NCBI GenBank assembly: GCA_016234115.1
Contig: JACRHD010000067.1
Coordinates: forward strand, 13,875-77,874
Reading direction: 5' to 3'
Length of the DNA: 64,000 nt
Source: Nitrospirota bacterium
GTDB taxonomy: Bacteria > Nitrospirota > Thermodesulfovibrionia > UBA6902
Shown here: positions 8,361 to 17,470 of the stretch, piece by piece
How the letters are laid out: each line of letters starts with the position of its first letter
Position numbering within the stretch: the stretch's first letter is position 1
Program-made: the position numbers and the translations under genes
Notes under the pieces: generated by a model
What the model was told of the DNA's origin: nothing
Seen by the model: only the letters and a program-made list of their open reading frames with translations
The model's database searches: none

Positions 8361-9259
8361 TAAATTTTTTTCTCCCGTATTTTATACTTTTTTACAAATC
8401 CCGAAGGGTTATATGACAGCTTGGAATGTCTCAGACCCTCGAGCCCCAGGTCCTGTTCGCGGTTGACATACTTGCAGTCGCCGGCTTCATGCCTGAGAAA
8501 CTCCTGGTTGATGACCTGATACAGTCCCGGCATGTCGGCGTTCGCCTTTTCGACATGAATGACCATTGTATCACCCAGGAACTTTTCTCCAAGGGTGAGG
8601 GCAACGATCCTGTTTCCCACTCTTATGATCCCGCCCCTGACTCCGAGCGCCCTGAAATTGTTCAGCATTTCAAGGATAGCGCACCTCTCCTTCTCAAGTC
8701 CCGGATGCTTTCCGCAATCCCTGACCTCGCACCATTCATGTTCAAAGGCAAGGCACTCGCCGACGAGCTCCGCAGTGAGCGTTTGATATCTGTACCGGTA
8801 CATGCCTTTGAACTTGTTTATCTTGTTCTTCTTGTCATGAAACCTGTTACCCTTCAGGCTGACGAGATCATCAACGGAATAAATATAGTCGAAGTGGTCC
8901 CTGTCCTCCTCGATGACGAGGTCCTCATCGCCTCTTAGAAAAGCATCGACAAAACCCTCCGGCACCCTTTCCAGTCCCGGGACTTCGGTACGGGTCTTAA
9001 GATAGCCGAACAACTCTCTGATCGTATCAGGCATCCGTGAATCGCCTATAGGGCAGAACGCCGCTGCCGGCTCAGCGTCTTTCAGGAGGACAAGATTATC
9101 ATTTAACAGAGACACCCTGAAACCATATGCCTTTCTGAAGGCGAATATGTTCGTAAAAGTATATTCGGAGGCTTCGAGGGGATATCTCGACAGAAAATCA
9201 TTGAAGTCTTCCCGTACGGACAAATCCACGTCTGTAAATTCAGGGAATCCGGGCAGCAT
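8360..9259 (-). CDS. DUF2156 / phosphatidylglycerol lysyltransferase C-terminal-like GNAT-fold protein
   Basis: SEYTFTN, RDHFDYIY, LKGNRFHDKKNKINKF, HVEKAN, NREQDLGLEGLRHSKLSY. Confidence 0.88.
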   Translation of the reverse strand: MLPGFPEFTDVDLSVREDFNDFLSRYPLEASEYTFTNIFAFRKAYGFRVSLLNDNLVLLKDAEPAAAFCPIGDSRMPDTIRELFGYLKTRTEVPGLERVPEGFVDAFLRGDEDLVIEEDRDHFDYIYSVDDLVSLKGNRFHDKKNKINKFKGMYRYRYQTLTAELVGECLAFEHEWCEVRDCGKHPGLEKERCAILEMLNNFRALGVRGGIIRVGNRIVALTLGEKFLGDTMVIHVEKANADMPGLYQVINQEFLRHEAGDCKYVNREQDLGLEGLRHSKLSYNPSGFVKKYKIREKKI

Positions 9260-9271
9260 CCGATAATTATA

Positions 9272-9724
9272 TCATTTTGCTTTCATCATTCTTTTTATTT
9301 TCCTGATGTGGGAATTCTCTTCGGCGACCAGTTGCTTCAGGGACATTTCACTCTCGTTCGACATTAAATCGGCAATTATCTTATTCGTATAAATTTCCAC
9401 CATCGACTCCTCGAGATTCAATACCATTTTAAGGGCCTTACTCATGGAAAAAGACGGTCCTTTGGCCTTGTCCGCTATGGCGTCAGCCAACGTTTGGGTA
9501 CTGTCGATGGTTGATGCCGGCGGCAGCGGCCCTCTTTTTTGAAGGTCCTCTACCAGCCCCAGAGATTTGACGTCTCTTAAAAAGGCCAGATGCTTTACCT
9601 CGTCATCAAAAAGACTCTTCCAGAAATCCCTGTGTTCAGGGAACAGTTGCGATAATTTTTTATAAATGGCGGCGGCGGTCTTCTCAACTTTAATACAACC
9701 TTTGATGACTGAATCGTTTTGCAT
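9272..9724 (-). CDS. Ferritin-like/rubrerythrin-family four-helix protein
   Basis: KVEKTAAAIY, DEVKH, NLEE, EENSH. Start is 9724 or 9751. Confidence 0.7.
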   Translation of the reverse strand: MQNDSVIKGCIKVEKTAAAIYKKLSQLFPEHRDFWKSLFDDEVKHLAFLRDVKSLGLVEDLQKRGPLPPASTIDSTQTLADAIADKAKGPSFSMSKALKMVLNLEESMVEIYTNKIIADLMSNESEMSLKQLVAEENSHIRKIKRMMKAK

Positions 9725-9838
9725 AAATGAAGCCCCCTTTATTCCTTTCATATCCGGCTACATTGAAGAGTATATCATAATGACGTCTCCGATGGAGACC
9801 GAAAAAACAGCAGTGCCTTTATATGATATCTTACTATT

Positions 9839-10196
9839 GTGAGACTGCCGAAAGATTTCAAAGAGGCAAAGGAAATACAGCTCCGTCTGAAACGGAAAAT
9901 AAGGATTGTCCCCCTTGAGAAAAGGCCCCAATTCATTGCCGGGGTCGACGCCTCATTTCAGGATGATAATATTATCGCGGCGGCATGCCTGTAAATACGA
10001 AAACAGGACAGTCGGAGCGGTTTTGAGGACAAGGGACAATGTCAGGCCCGTCTTTGTCTCACCGGGTCATCTGATAACACTGAGAGAGGCGATTTATTAT
10101 ACGATCAGGTGCACGGGCAAATTCAGGATCCCCGAACCATTAAGAAGGGCAGATCAGCTCTCAAAGAGGGTCAAGAAGAAGCTCAGTGACAAGTGA
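9839..10196 (+). pseudogene. nfi: Endonuclease V with internal deletion and frameshift
   Basis: N-terminal frame 9839-9994 (EAKEIQLRL...FIAGVDASF) stops at TAA. The C-terminus (VGAVLRTRDNVRPVFVSPGH...RIPEPLRRAD) is in another frame. The central catalytic region is absent. Confidence 0.8.
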
Positions 10197-10259
10197 CGAG
10201 TTACAAGTGACCGGTAATTCAGGAAGTGTCTCGTTACTTGTTACCCGTTACCCGTCACT
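10185..10259. repeat. Inverted array of 7-nt units (AGTRACN type), copy 2
   Basis: AGTGACA AGTGACG AGTTACA AGTGACC ... CGTTACT TGTTACC CGTTACC CGTCACT. Confidence 0.8.
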
Positions 10260-10262
10260 TTC

Positions 10263-10667
10263 TTATCTGTTTCTCACAACGCACTCATATGAAAGGCTCA
10301 ACTGTCTCATGTCCTGATTTTCCCACATCATGCAGAAGGTCTCCTCATCAGGCACATCAATGCGGCTCTTCTCCGGGTCGAAGGTACCGTCATATTCAGT
10401 GATTTCATTTTTTGAGACCGGGTATTGAACGTCGCCCTTCGAGTGATAATGGATATTGAAATCCACAGGTTTAGAAGAGATGAACTTATAAACCATTACC
10501 TGCCCCTTTTTCAGGACAACACACTCTTCGTGAGAGCCGGCGGGCGCAAGGGCGAGCCTGTTTTTTATTGCATTCGCCTGCTCACCTTTCATCCCCTGGT
10601 TTGCCGCGCATCCGCTCAAGAGAAACACAATTGAGAATAGTAATAAACACGCCCGCTTCATAGTCAT
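10263..10667 (-). CDS. Hypothetical lipoprotein
   Basis: Signal peptide with LSGC lipobox; beta-rich body (PVDFNIHYH, FCMMWEN); RBS upstream. Confidence 0.75.
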   Translation of the reverse strand: MTMKRACLLLFSIVFLLSGCAANQGMKGEQANAIKNRLALAPAGSHEECVVLKKGQVMVYKFISSKPVDFNIHYHSKGDVQYPVSKNEITEYDGTFDPEKSRIDVPDEETFCMMWENQDMRQLSLSYECVVRNR

Positions 10668-10848
10668 AAATATACCATCCTTTCATTTAATTGCATAGTA
10701 GACCCCGTTTGCAGGGCGACCCTTCCTGGTTGCTGAAAGCAAGGCAGAAGCCTCGTCCTGCACATACCTCCCCGCCGCTGTTGACAGGGCATCGATGACA
10801 TGGTAATTATGAATCATAACCCGACGCAAAAGGGAAACGGACATACCC

Positions 10849-11160
10849 ATGGGGATCCGCAGATTCGACAGAATTCCGGTCCTGATAAATGTAACTCTCA
10901 CCTTCGGCAGCGGTGTTCATGCCGGGACTGTGACAAACCTTTCCGAGAAAGGCATGTACATCAGGACGGACAGGATACCCTCTGTTGCGGATTCGGCAGT
11001 GGAAGTGCTGATACCCCTGAATGAAGAAAAGATACGCCTTTCCTGCAGGCTCATAAGAAAAGAACTTATTCGTGAATATTATAATGGCATGGCAGTTGAG
11101 GTAGTGAATCCTCCCGACAGCTATCTGGATTTCCTTGATAACCTCTTAGCCGTCCTGTGA
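10849..11160 (+). CDS. Single-domain PilZ protein
   Basis: RRFDR (RxxxR) and NLSEKG (NxSxxG) c-di-GMP motifs. Confidence 0.85.
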   Translation: MGIRRFDRIPVLINVTLTFGSGVHAGTVTNLSEKGMYIRTDRIPSVADSAVEVLIPLNEEKIRLSCRLIRKELIREYYNGMAVEVVNPPDSYLDFLDNLLAVL

Positions 11161-11165
11161 AAAGA

Positions 11166-11242
11166 AGTGACAAGTAACCGGTAACAAGTAACTGTCAATT
11201 ATTATAAATTTACCAGTCACTTGTCACTCGTTACTTGTCACT
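11166..11242. repeat. Inverted array of 7-nt units (AGTRACN type), copy 3
   Basis: AGTGACA AGTAACC GGTAACA AGTAACT ... AGTCACT TGTCACT CGTTACT TGTCACT. Confidence 0.8.
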
Positions 11243-14200
11243 AAGTGTTTTCCGCCCTTTCAATTAAAGGCATCAGCTTCGGGGCCAGGTTTTTTAACAC
11301 CTGTACCGGCAGCATGCTCGTGAAATCATAGGCATCGGCTTCACGGCCTGCCGCGTACGCGGTTATTGTGCCGAAGAATCTGTCGCCGATGAAAAAAACA
11401 AAAACCGCGGTCCTGTTTATGGCCTCAGACCTTATCAGCCGCCCTCCCGGTCCGTAAATATCATGACGGTTATCGCCTGTGCCGGTCTTGCCCCCGGCAA
11501 CGACCGTGGACCCGTCAACCCTCCGGAATGCCTTGTCCAGGCGCTTCGCGGTCCCTTTTTCCACAACGCCGACCAACGCGTCTTTGACTGCAGCCGCAAC
11601 TTCAGCGGGCAGCACCCGTTCCCCTTTTTCAATTTCACGCCTCAGGTTTGTCTCATACGGCGTGTCCTTGGCGAAATGAACGCTCTCGATGCGATGCGCG
11701 GGATATTTCATGCCTCCGTTGACGATTATCCCCATCAGCTCCGACAGGGCGGCAGGGCGGTCCGCCGAGCTGCCGATTGCGGTGGCGTATGAAGGGACGA
11801 GGGAGCCGAAGGGGTATCCCAACTGCTGCCACGCCTGGTGTATCGAGGAAAAGGCCTCGACTTCGATGAGCGTACGGATCCTGCTGTCCTGCGCATTCTT
11901 CCAGTGCGACTTAAACAGCCACGAGTAAACCTCCTGGCGCTGGTCCGCGCTCGCCTCAATTATTTCACTGAGCCCGGCCTCCGGATGAGCGCGCATATAT
12001 GCAATAGTCCACAGTTCGAGAGGATGGACCCTGGCGATATACCCTCTGTCGCCTAACGAATAATTCTCGATTGCATAATTATCGTAAAGATTCCTGAGCG
12101 CTTCATCGGAAAAAGTCGCGTTTACCAAATGGGCCCTCATGAAGGACGAAAACTCTCTTACATCGGCCTCGGGCCTGATCGAACGGTAGATCACCGCAAA
12201 GCGGGCCGGGACAAGATGGACATTCTGAAGAAGGACCTCCAGCGCCTCTTCGAAACTCTTGCCCTGGTATTTCCCGTAAAAGCGGGTAAGGAACAGCCTG
12301 CCCTCGCGATCGGCAAAACGCTCCAGATAAAACTGTCTGCGAGTGTTGTTGACGTCCTCCAATATCTCGGCGATGCCCGGCCGTTGAAAAGTATAGTAAT
12401 TAACGATGTCCCGCATCATCCGGATGAAGACGAGGTTTACAGAATTATGCAGGGCCTCCCGCACGGTGAGGATGCTTCTGTTGTGTTTGTTATCGTAGTT
12501 TGCAAAGACATGCAAACCGCCGCCTGTAAAAAACCGCTCGCCCGGACTCGCTGAATATCGCCTTTCCATGGCCGCTTCAAGCATGGCCTTAAGGCCTCTG
12601 TCAGGGGAATGCAGCAGGTAATCCACAGCCCATTCGCTGAGGTGGTCGGATTTTGCGACCGGCAATGCGCGCAACTGCTCCGCGGGAAAGTCCGCATACC
12701 GGCCGTGCAGGGAGGCGACGATCTCGAGATACGTAATCAGTGTGCGCAGCTTGGCAGAGGAGCCTAATTCAAGCTTTACGCCTTCATTGATATTTAAAGG
12801 CTGGTCGAAGTTGTCGGTCTGTATCCTTAGAAGATTTGCGCCCGGAGTGGCCTCATAGAGCGTAAAGCTGTATACGACGCGGGACGGGTCGCCCTTTGCC
12901 AAAAGGTGTGCGCCTGTCAAACCGGCTTCTTTGGCGGACGCCGGGTCCTGCAACCGGCTGAGGGTTGCGGTGACTTCTTCCTGCGTGCCTCCGTCAAGCG
13001 TGCTCTTTACGCTGAGATCGAGAAGGTCCAGTTCATAAAGCTGAGGGATCTCAAGGAGCGAAAGCAGCCTGGGGCGAATGGCGTTTGCGGCCTTCCGCTG
13101 CACAAAAGAGACCTTCCGTTTCGCGGGGACGTTCATGCGCACGTCCAGCGAGGCATGTAACGCTGCGTCCCTTAACATTGGCGTTATAATGCCGCCTTCC
13201 GCAAGCAGCTTTACGTAGTCGCCGGTCTTTGCTTCAAGCGCGTCTGTATTTTCAAGGAGATAAAACGAGGGCCGCCGCTGGGCGAGAAAGAGGCTCAGCG
13301 CCTGTCTGAATGTGCGTCCCCACGTTTCGATGTCCCGACATGCTTCTGAGTAGTCGTCTCCGGAGAGGCACTTATTTACGAAATCAAAATCCGCCCCGTA
13401 CCACGCATACATGCCGTCGCCGAAACCGTGGACCTGACCGTAACCCGGCACAGCTCCCAGGGGGACGGAATTGATATAGTCTGTTACCACACGGCGTCTG
13501 CCTTCAAGGGTCTCCGCGCCGCCGGAGTAAGTCCGCAAAGAAGCCGACATCATTTGCCGGAATTTTTCCTGGGACGAGCCGGTAATTCCTCCCGGAGAAT
13601 GACGATACTTTTCCATCTGGGTCGCCAGCGTGCTCCCGCCGGGCACCCTTTCATCCCTGTCGACCAGGTGCTGCCCCTTAAGGAGGACCGCCTTTGTAAG
13701 CCTGTCCCATTCCACGGCCGGGTTGAGATACGGAAGACGCGGATTCAGCAGTTCCCGGTTTTCTATATAAAGAAGGCTTTTGACAATAACGCCGGGGACC
13801 TGATCAAAATTGCCGTAAACCCGCTCCGGATATGAAGCGGAAAATACCTCCCTGTCATCCCGGTCCAGTACCTTGAGACCCGTGCTCGCTTTCTCACGAT
13901 AAATGGCGTTGAAGCCCTGCTCCGAGGTCTTGAGCAGGCGCGGAGAAAAGCGCGCCTGCGATTCGATCACATACCCTTTCTCAGTCAGCCTGCCGATAAA
14001 AGCCGGAAGGGAGACATAGCCCGCGCGCTCATCGTAAGGCCCGTCCTTGGGGAAGCGGATAGAGGGGCTTGCCCCCGGCTCCGTATGGAAACTCAGGTCC
14101 TTCGCCACCCTGCTCAGGTAATGGGCCTGAAACCATGAGGTCCGCATTTCATAAAGGCCCAGGACCGCGAGCACAGACGCGATCAGCAGGATACACGCCA

Positions 14201-14297
14201 AAATAAGGCTTCCGCGTCTCAGGTATGTCAGCAACCTGCCTTTTGAAGACAGAAACATCGACTTTATCTTTTCTCCGGGGACCAGCAGCTTATCCAT
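11241..14297 (-). CDS. Large GT51 transglycosylase/transpeptidase (class A PBP-like) protein
   Basis: N-terminal TM; YIENRE and GGSTLATQMEK (GT51); SSAK, SVN and KTGT transpeptidase motifs. Confidence 0.82.
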   Translation of the reverse strand: MDKLLVPGEKIKSMFLSSKGRLLTYLRRGSLILACILLIASVLAVLGLYEMRTSWFQAHYLSRVAKDLSFHTEPGASPSIRFPKDGPYDERAGYVSLPAFIGRLTEKGYVIESQARFSPRLLKTSEQGFNAIYREKASTGLKVLDRDDREVFSASYPERVYGNFDQVPGVIVKSLLYIENRELLNPRLPYLNPAVEWDRLTKAVLLKGQHLVDRDERVPGGSTLATQMEKYRHSPGGITGSSQEKFRQMMSASLRTYSGGAETLEGRRRVVTDYINSVPLGAVPGYGQVHGFGDGMYAWYGADFDFVNKCLSGDDYSEACRDIETWGRTFRQALSLFLAQRRPSFYLLENTDALEAKTGDYVKLLAEGGIITPMLRDAALHASLDVRMNVPAKRKVSFVQRKAANAIRPRLLSLLEIPQLYELDLLDLSVKSTLDGGTQEEVTATLSRLQDPASAKEAGLTGAHLLAKGDPSRVVYSFTLYEATPGANLLRIQTDNFDQPLNINEGVKLELGSSAKLRTLITYLEIVASLHGRYADFPAEQLRALPVAKSDHLSEWAVDYLLHSPDRGLKAMLEAAMERRYSASPGERFFTGGGLHVFANYDNKHNRSILTVREALHNSVNLVFIRMMRDIVNYYTFQRPGIAEILEDVNNTRRQFYLERFADREGRLFLTRFYGKYQGKSFEEALEVLLQNVHLVPARFAVIYRSIRPEADVREFSSFMRAHLVNATFSDEALRNLYDNYAIENYSLGDRGYIARVHPLELWTIAYMRAHPEAGLSEIIEASADQRQEVYSWLFKSHWKNAQDSRIRTLIEVEAFSSIHQAWQQLGYPFGSLVPSYATAIGSSADRPAALSELMGIIVNGGMKYPAHRIESVHFAKDTPYETNLRREIEKGERVLPAEVAAAVKDALVGVVEKGTAKRLDKAFRRVDGSTVVAGGKTGTGDNRHDIYGPGGRLIRSEAINRTAVFVFFIGDRFFGTITAYAAGREADAYDFTSMLPVQVLKNLAPKLMPLIERAENT

Positions 14298-14375
14298 TTA
14301 AACAAGTAAAAAGGTTCCCCTTTGCAATCCATACCAAAAAGAGGAACCTCATGATTAAACCTACACAAAATACGT

Positions 14376-15038
14376 CTATCGAGTCAAGTGGCATCTTTCC
14401 CTGACAAGCCTGACCGTCTCCGTATAATCCTTTGAGTTATAAAACGCGCTTCCCATGACCACGATATCCGCCCCTGCCCCGTAGACCCCGGCCACATTAT
14501 CGACAGTCACGCCGCCGTCGACTTCTATTTCGACCTTATGTCCGTTGGCCTCAATCAATGCCTTCAACTGCCTTATCTTCGGCAACACTTCGGGAATAAA
14601 CTTTTGTCCGCCGAAGCCGGGGTTCACCGACATTATCAGCGCCATATCTACAAACGGAAGAATAAATTCTATACTGCCGAGCGGCGTTGCCGGGTTGATG
14701 CTCACTCCCGCCCTGACGCCGCATTCCCTGATATTCTGAATGCTCCTGTGCAGATGCACGCAGGCCTCGGCGTGGACGGTGATGATGTCGGCCCCGCTGT
14801 CGGCGAAATCCCTTATATACCTGTCAGGCTCCTCGATCATGAGATGAACATCGAGGGGTATGGAGGACGTCTTCTTTACCGCTTTAACGACAAGCGGCCC
14901 GATGGTAATATTCGGAACAAAGTGACCGTCCATCACGTCCACATGGACAAGGTCGGCCCCCGCCTTCCCGGCCGCCCTTATCTCTTCACCAAGCCTTGAA
15001 AAGTCCGCCGACAGAATAGACGGCGCTATTTTGATCAT
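14376..15038 (-). CDS. rpe: Ribulose-phosphate 3-epimerase
   Basis: IAPSILSADF, HVDVMDGHFVPNITIG, MSVNPGFGGQ, EVDGG. Confidence 0.97.
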   Translation of the reverse strand: MIKIAPSILSADFSRLGEEIRAAGKAGADLVHVDVMDGHFVPNITIGPLVVKAVKKTSSIPLDVHLMIEEPDRYIRDFADSGADIITVHAEACVHLHRSIQNIRECGVRAGVSINPATPLGSIEFILPFVDMALIMSVNPGFGGQKFIPEVLPKIRQLKALIEANGHKVEIEVDGGVTVDNVAGVYGAGADIVVMGSAFYNSKDYTETVRLVRERCHLTR

Positions 15039-15086
15039 GGGTTCCCTCCGCAATTTTGATCTTTGATCTTTGATTTTTTAATTTTT

Positions 15087-15659
15087 CTAAAACCACGTCC
15101 TAACGCTGCCGAGGGTGACTTCGACCGCATCGCCCTTGCGAATGATCTCCCCCTCTTCCGGCGACTGGGACGCCACCCTGGTCCCTTCGCCCTGCTCATT
15201 CAGCATTATCCCGAGTTTTTCCGATAATGCGCGGGCCTCCTCTATCGCCATATTAACAAATGAGGGACATCTGTACATTACATCATATGCGCCGAGGCTT
15301 ACAAGAAAATTTATCTCTTTGCCGTGGACGCTCCCCGGCAGCGGCCTCTGCGCGATTATCTTCCCTTTTTCGACGGTGTCGGAGTGCGACCATGTGACCT
15401 TCCCTAATCTGATATCGAGATTGGCCAGCGTCAGTTTCACGTCCTCAAGGAGCTGGTCTTCAAACGAGGGCATGGTTATCCCGGGCAGCTCTTCTGCCGG
15501 CACAGCGGAAGGCATCTCCTTTACGCCCTCGCCGACAAGAGACAGCGTCTCTCCGGCATTTCCGGTATCACGCGCCTTAAAATAAAGATATGCCGCCCCC
15601 GCCCCGATGCCTGCGAAGACTAAAACAAATACGGTATATTTCAATATGGTCCTTACCAT
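15087..15659 (-). CDS. Membrane-anchored PASTA domain protein
   Basis: N-terminal TM; MPSFED...GKIIAQRPLPG...LVSLG and CPSFVNM...VASQSPEEG repeats. Confidence 0.8.
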   Translation of the reverse strand: MVRTILKYTVFVLVFAGIGAGAAYLYFKARDTGNAGETLSLVGEGVKEMPSAVPAEELPGITMPSFEDQLLEDVKLTLANLDIRLGKVTWSHSDTVEKGKIIAQRPLPGSVHGKEINFLVSLGAYDVMYRCPSFVNMAIEEARALSEKLGIMLNEQGEGTRVASQSPEEGEIIRKGDAVEVTLGSVRTWF

Positions 15660-15668
15660 AGCTTAATG

Positions 15669-15696
15669 GCAGGGGCAATTCATGAATTGCCCCTAC
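15669..15696. repeat. GTAG-type REP-like palindrome containing the fmt stop codon
   Basis: GCAGGGGCAATTCA|TGAATTGCCCCTAC. Confidence 0.75.
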
Positions 15697-16637
15697 GTCC
15701 GGATTGTAAACCTCATTCCCTCTTTTAATTTTCTGCCCTGTAAAAACGCAGCGGCACTCATTACGGACTTCCCCGCCGGCTGAAGTTCGGTTACGGACAG
15801 CAGGCCTTGCCCGGTCCCCACAAAGATTTCGTCCTTTGAAACTTTACATATCAGGCCGGCTTCTCCGCTGCCTTCAACGGCGGAGGCCTTCAGGATTTTA
15901 ACCCTTTCACCTTCAAGAAAACCATACGCGCCGGGCCAGGGGTCCATGCCCCTTATAAAATTGCACAATTCTCCTGCCTTACGGGTCCATACAATAAAGC
16001 CGTCGGTCTTTCTCAAAAGGGGTGCATATGTAGCCTCTCCCGTCTGCGGGACAGGCCTGACAGAACCATTCTCTATGCCTTCCAACGTTTTCATTAAAAG
16101 GGCGGCGCCGGCTTCAGAAAGCCTTCCGGAAAGCGTGCCCGCTGTATCGTCAGGGGTTATTTCCGTCTCCTCCTGAAGCAGGATCGCGCCTGTATCCATT
16201 CCCTCATCCATGAGCATCGTGGTGATCCCGGTCTTCTTCCCGCCGTTGATGATGGCCCAGTTGATGGGCGCCGCTCCCCGGTATTCAGGAAGGAGGGAGG
16301 CGTGAATATTGATGCATCCGTACTTCGGCAATCGTATTATCGCAGAGGGCAGTATCTGCCCGTATGCTGCAACAACTATAGCATCAGGAGAAATTTTTTC
16401 AAGCCCTTCAAGGAAATTTACATCCCTGACTTTCACCGGCTGAAACACCTTCAGTCCTGCTTTTTCCGCCTCGATCTTCACGGGTGAGGACGTAACATGT
16501 CTGCCCCGTCCCCTTTGCCTGTCCGGTTGAGTAACGACCGCAAGGACCCTGTGCTTTGAACTCATCAGCGCCCTGAGAGGAGGCACAGCAAACTCAGGTG
16601 TGCCGAAAAATACGATATTCAAATTCTCCCCTGTCAA
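15693..16637 (-). CDS. fmt: Methionyl-tRNA formyltransferase
   Basis: FFGTPEFA, VVTQPDR, INIHASLLPEYRGAAPI, GMDTG. Confidence 0.97.
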   Translation of the reverse strand: MTGENLNIVFFGTPEFAVPPLRALMSSKHRVLAVVTQPDRQRGRGRHVTSSPVKIEAEKAGLKVFQPVKVRDVNFLEGLEKISPDAIVVAAYGQILPSAIIRLPKYGCINIHASLLPEYRGAAPINWAIINGGKKTGITTMLMDEGMDTGAILLQEETEITPDDTAGTLSGRLSEAGAALLMKTLEGIENGSVRPVPQTGEATYAPLLRKTDGFIVWTRKAGELCNFIRGMDPWPGAYGFLEGERVKILKASAVEGSGEAGLICKVSKDEIFVGTGQGLLSVTELQPAGKSVMSAAAFLQGRKLKEGMRFTIRT

Positions 16638-16645
16638 ACAATACC

Positions 16646-16718
16646 GAGCAGCAAGTAGTTAGTAGTTAAGGGCAAAAGATTAGAAAAACTATCCCTTAAC
16701 TACTAACTACTTGCTGCT
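16646..16718. repeat. Inverted array of 7-nt units (AGTAGTT type)
   Basis: AGCAGCA AGTAGTT AGTAGTT AAGGG ... CCCTT AACTACT AACTACT TGCTGCT. Confidence 0.75.
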
Positions 16719-16723
16719 ATCTA

Positions 16724-17224
16724 CTATTCTATCGTCCTTGAGTAGCGTTTTTTGAAAAATTCCCTCTTGATCCGCCCCATCCTGTCAACAAACAGGATAC
16801 CGTTGAGATGGTCGATTTCATGCTGAAGCGCCCTTGCAAGAAGTCCCTCCGCCTCGATTTCAACAGGCCCGCCCTCCCTATCATATCCTTTTACCAATAC
16901 CTTCATCGCCCTCTTCAGCACCGTAGTATAATCAGGTATGCTCAGGCAGCCCTCCTCTGATTCAATTTCCCCTTCAAGGTGGACTATCTCCGGGTTCACG
17001 AGGACGATCAACCTGCTCTTTTCATCCCGAATCCCTACGTCGATGACAGCAAGCTGTTGTGAAATGCCGACCTGGTTTGCGGCAAGGCCTACGCCCGGCG
17101 CGGCATACATAGTTTCAATCATGTCGTCGATGAGTTTTTGCAGGCCGCCGTCGATGTTTCCGACGGGAACGGTCTTGTCTCTCAGTACCTTATCAGGGTA
17201 TTTTACAATCGAAAGCACGGACAT
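16724..17224 (-). CDS. def: Peptide deformylase
   Basis: GVGLAANQVG, EGCLS, QHEIDHLNG. Confidence 0.97.
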   Translation of the reverse strand: MSVLSIVKYPDKVLRDKTVPVGNIDGGLQKLIDDMIETMYAAPGVGLAANQVGISQQLAVIDVGIRDEKSRLIVLVNPEIVHLEGEIESEEGCLSIPDYTTVLKRAMKVLVKGYDREGGPVEIEAEGLLARALQHEIDHLNGILFVDRMGRIKREFFKKRYSRTIE

Positions 17225-17325
17225 AGATTAATGTAATAAATTTATGTGGAAATAACAAGGACAACGGTTTTGTGGTAATATTCAACAGTTAACAAGGAGT
17301 TCACAAGTAAAGACGCATAAATCGG

Positions 17326-17406
17326 CGTCATGCCCGAAGTTCGTAATCGGGCATCCAGTTCTTGTAATTATCCCTGAATTCCCGCTTACCGACTGAGGGA
17401 ATGACG
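17326..17406. repeat. RS3-like double-hairpin repeat, copy 1
   Basis: CGTCATGCCCGA..TCGGGCATCCAG ... CTGAATTCCCG..GGGAATGACG. Confidence 0.75.
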
Positions 17407-17470
17407 AGCTACGAACCTTACTCATGAACCCTGAGAACTGTAAAAAACGGCAGGCAACAGCTTTCTTCTC

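Noticed and set aside
9906-10196. 96-aa ORF as an independent gene
   Set aside because: It is the out-of-frame C-terminal remnant of nfi.
5261-11242. Short repeats as a possible CRISPR array
   Set aside because: Units are 7 nt, inverted and dispersed. There is no repeat-spacer periodicity and no cas gene.
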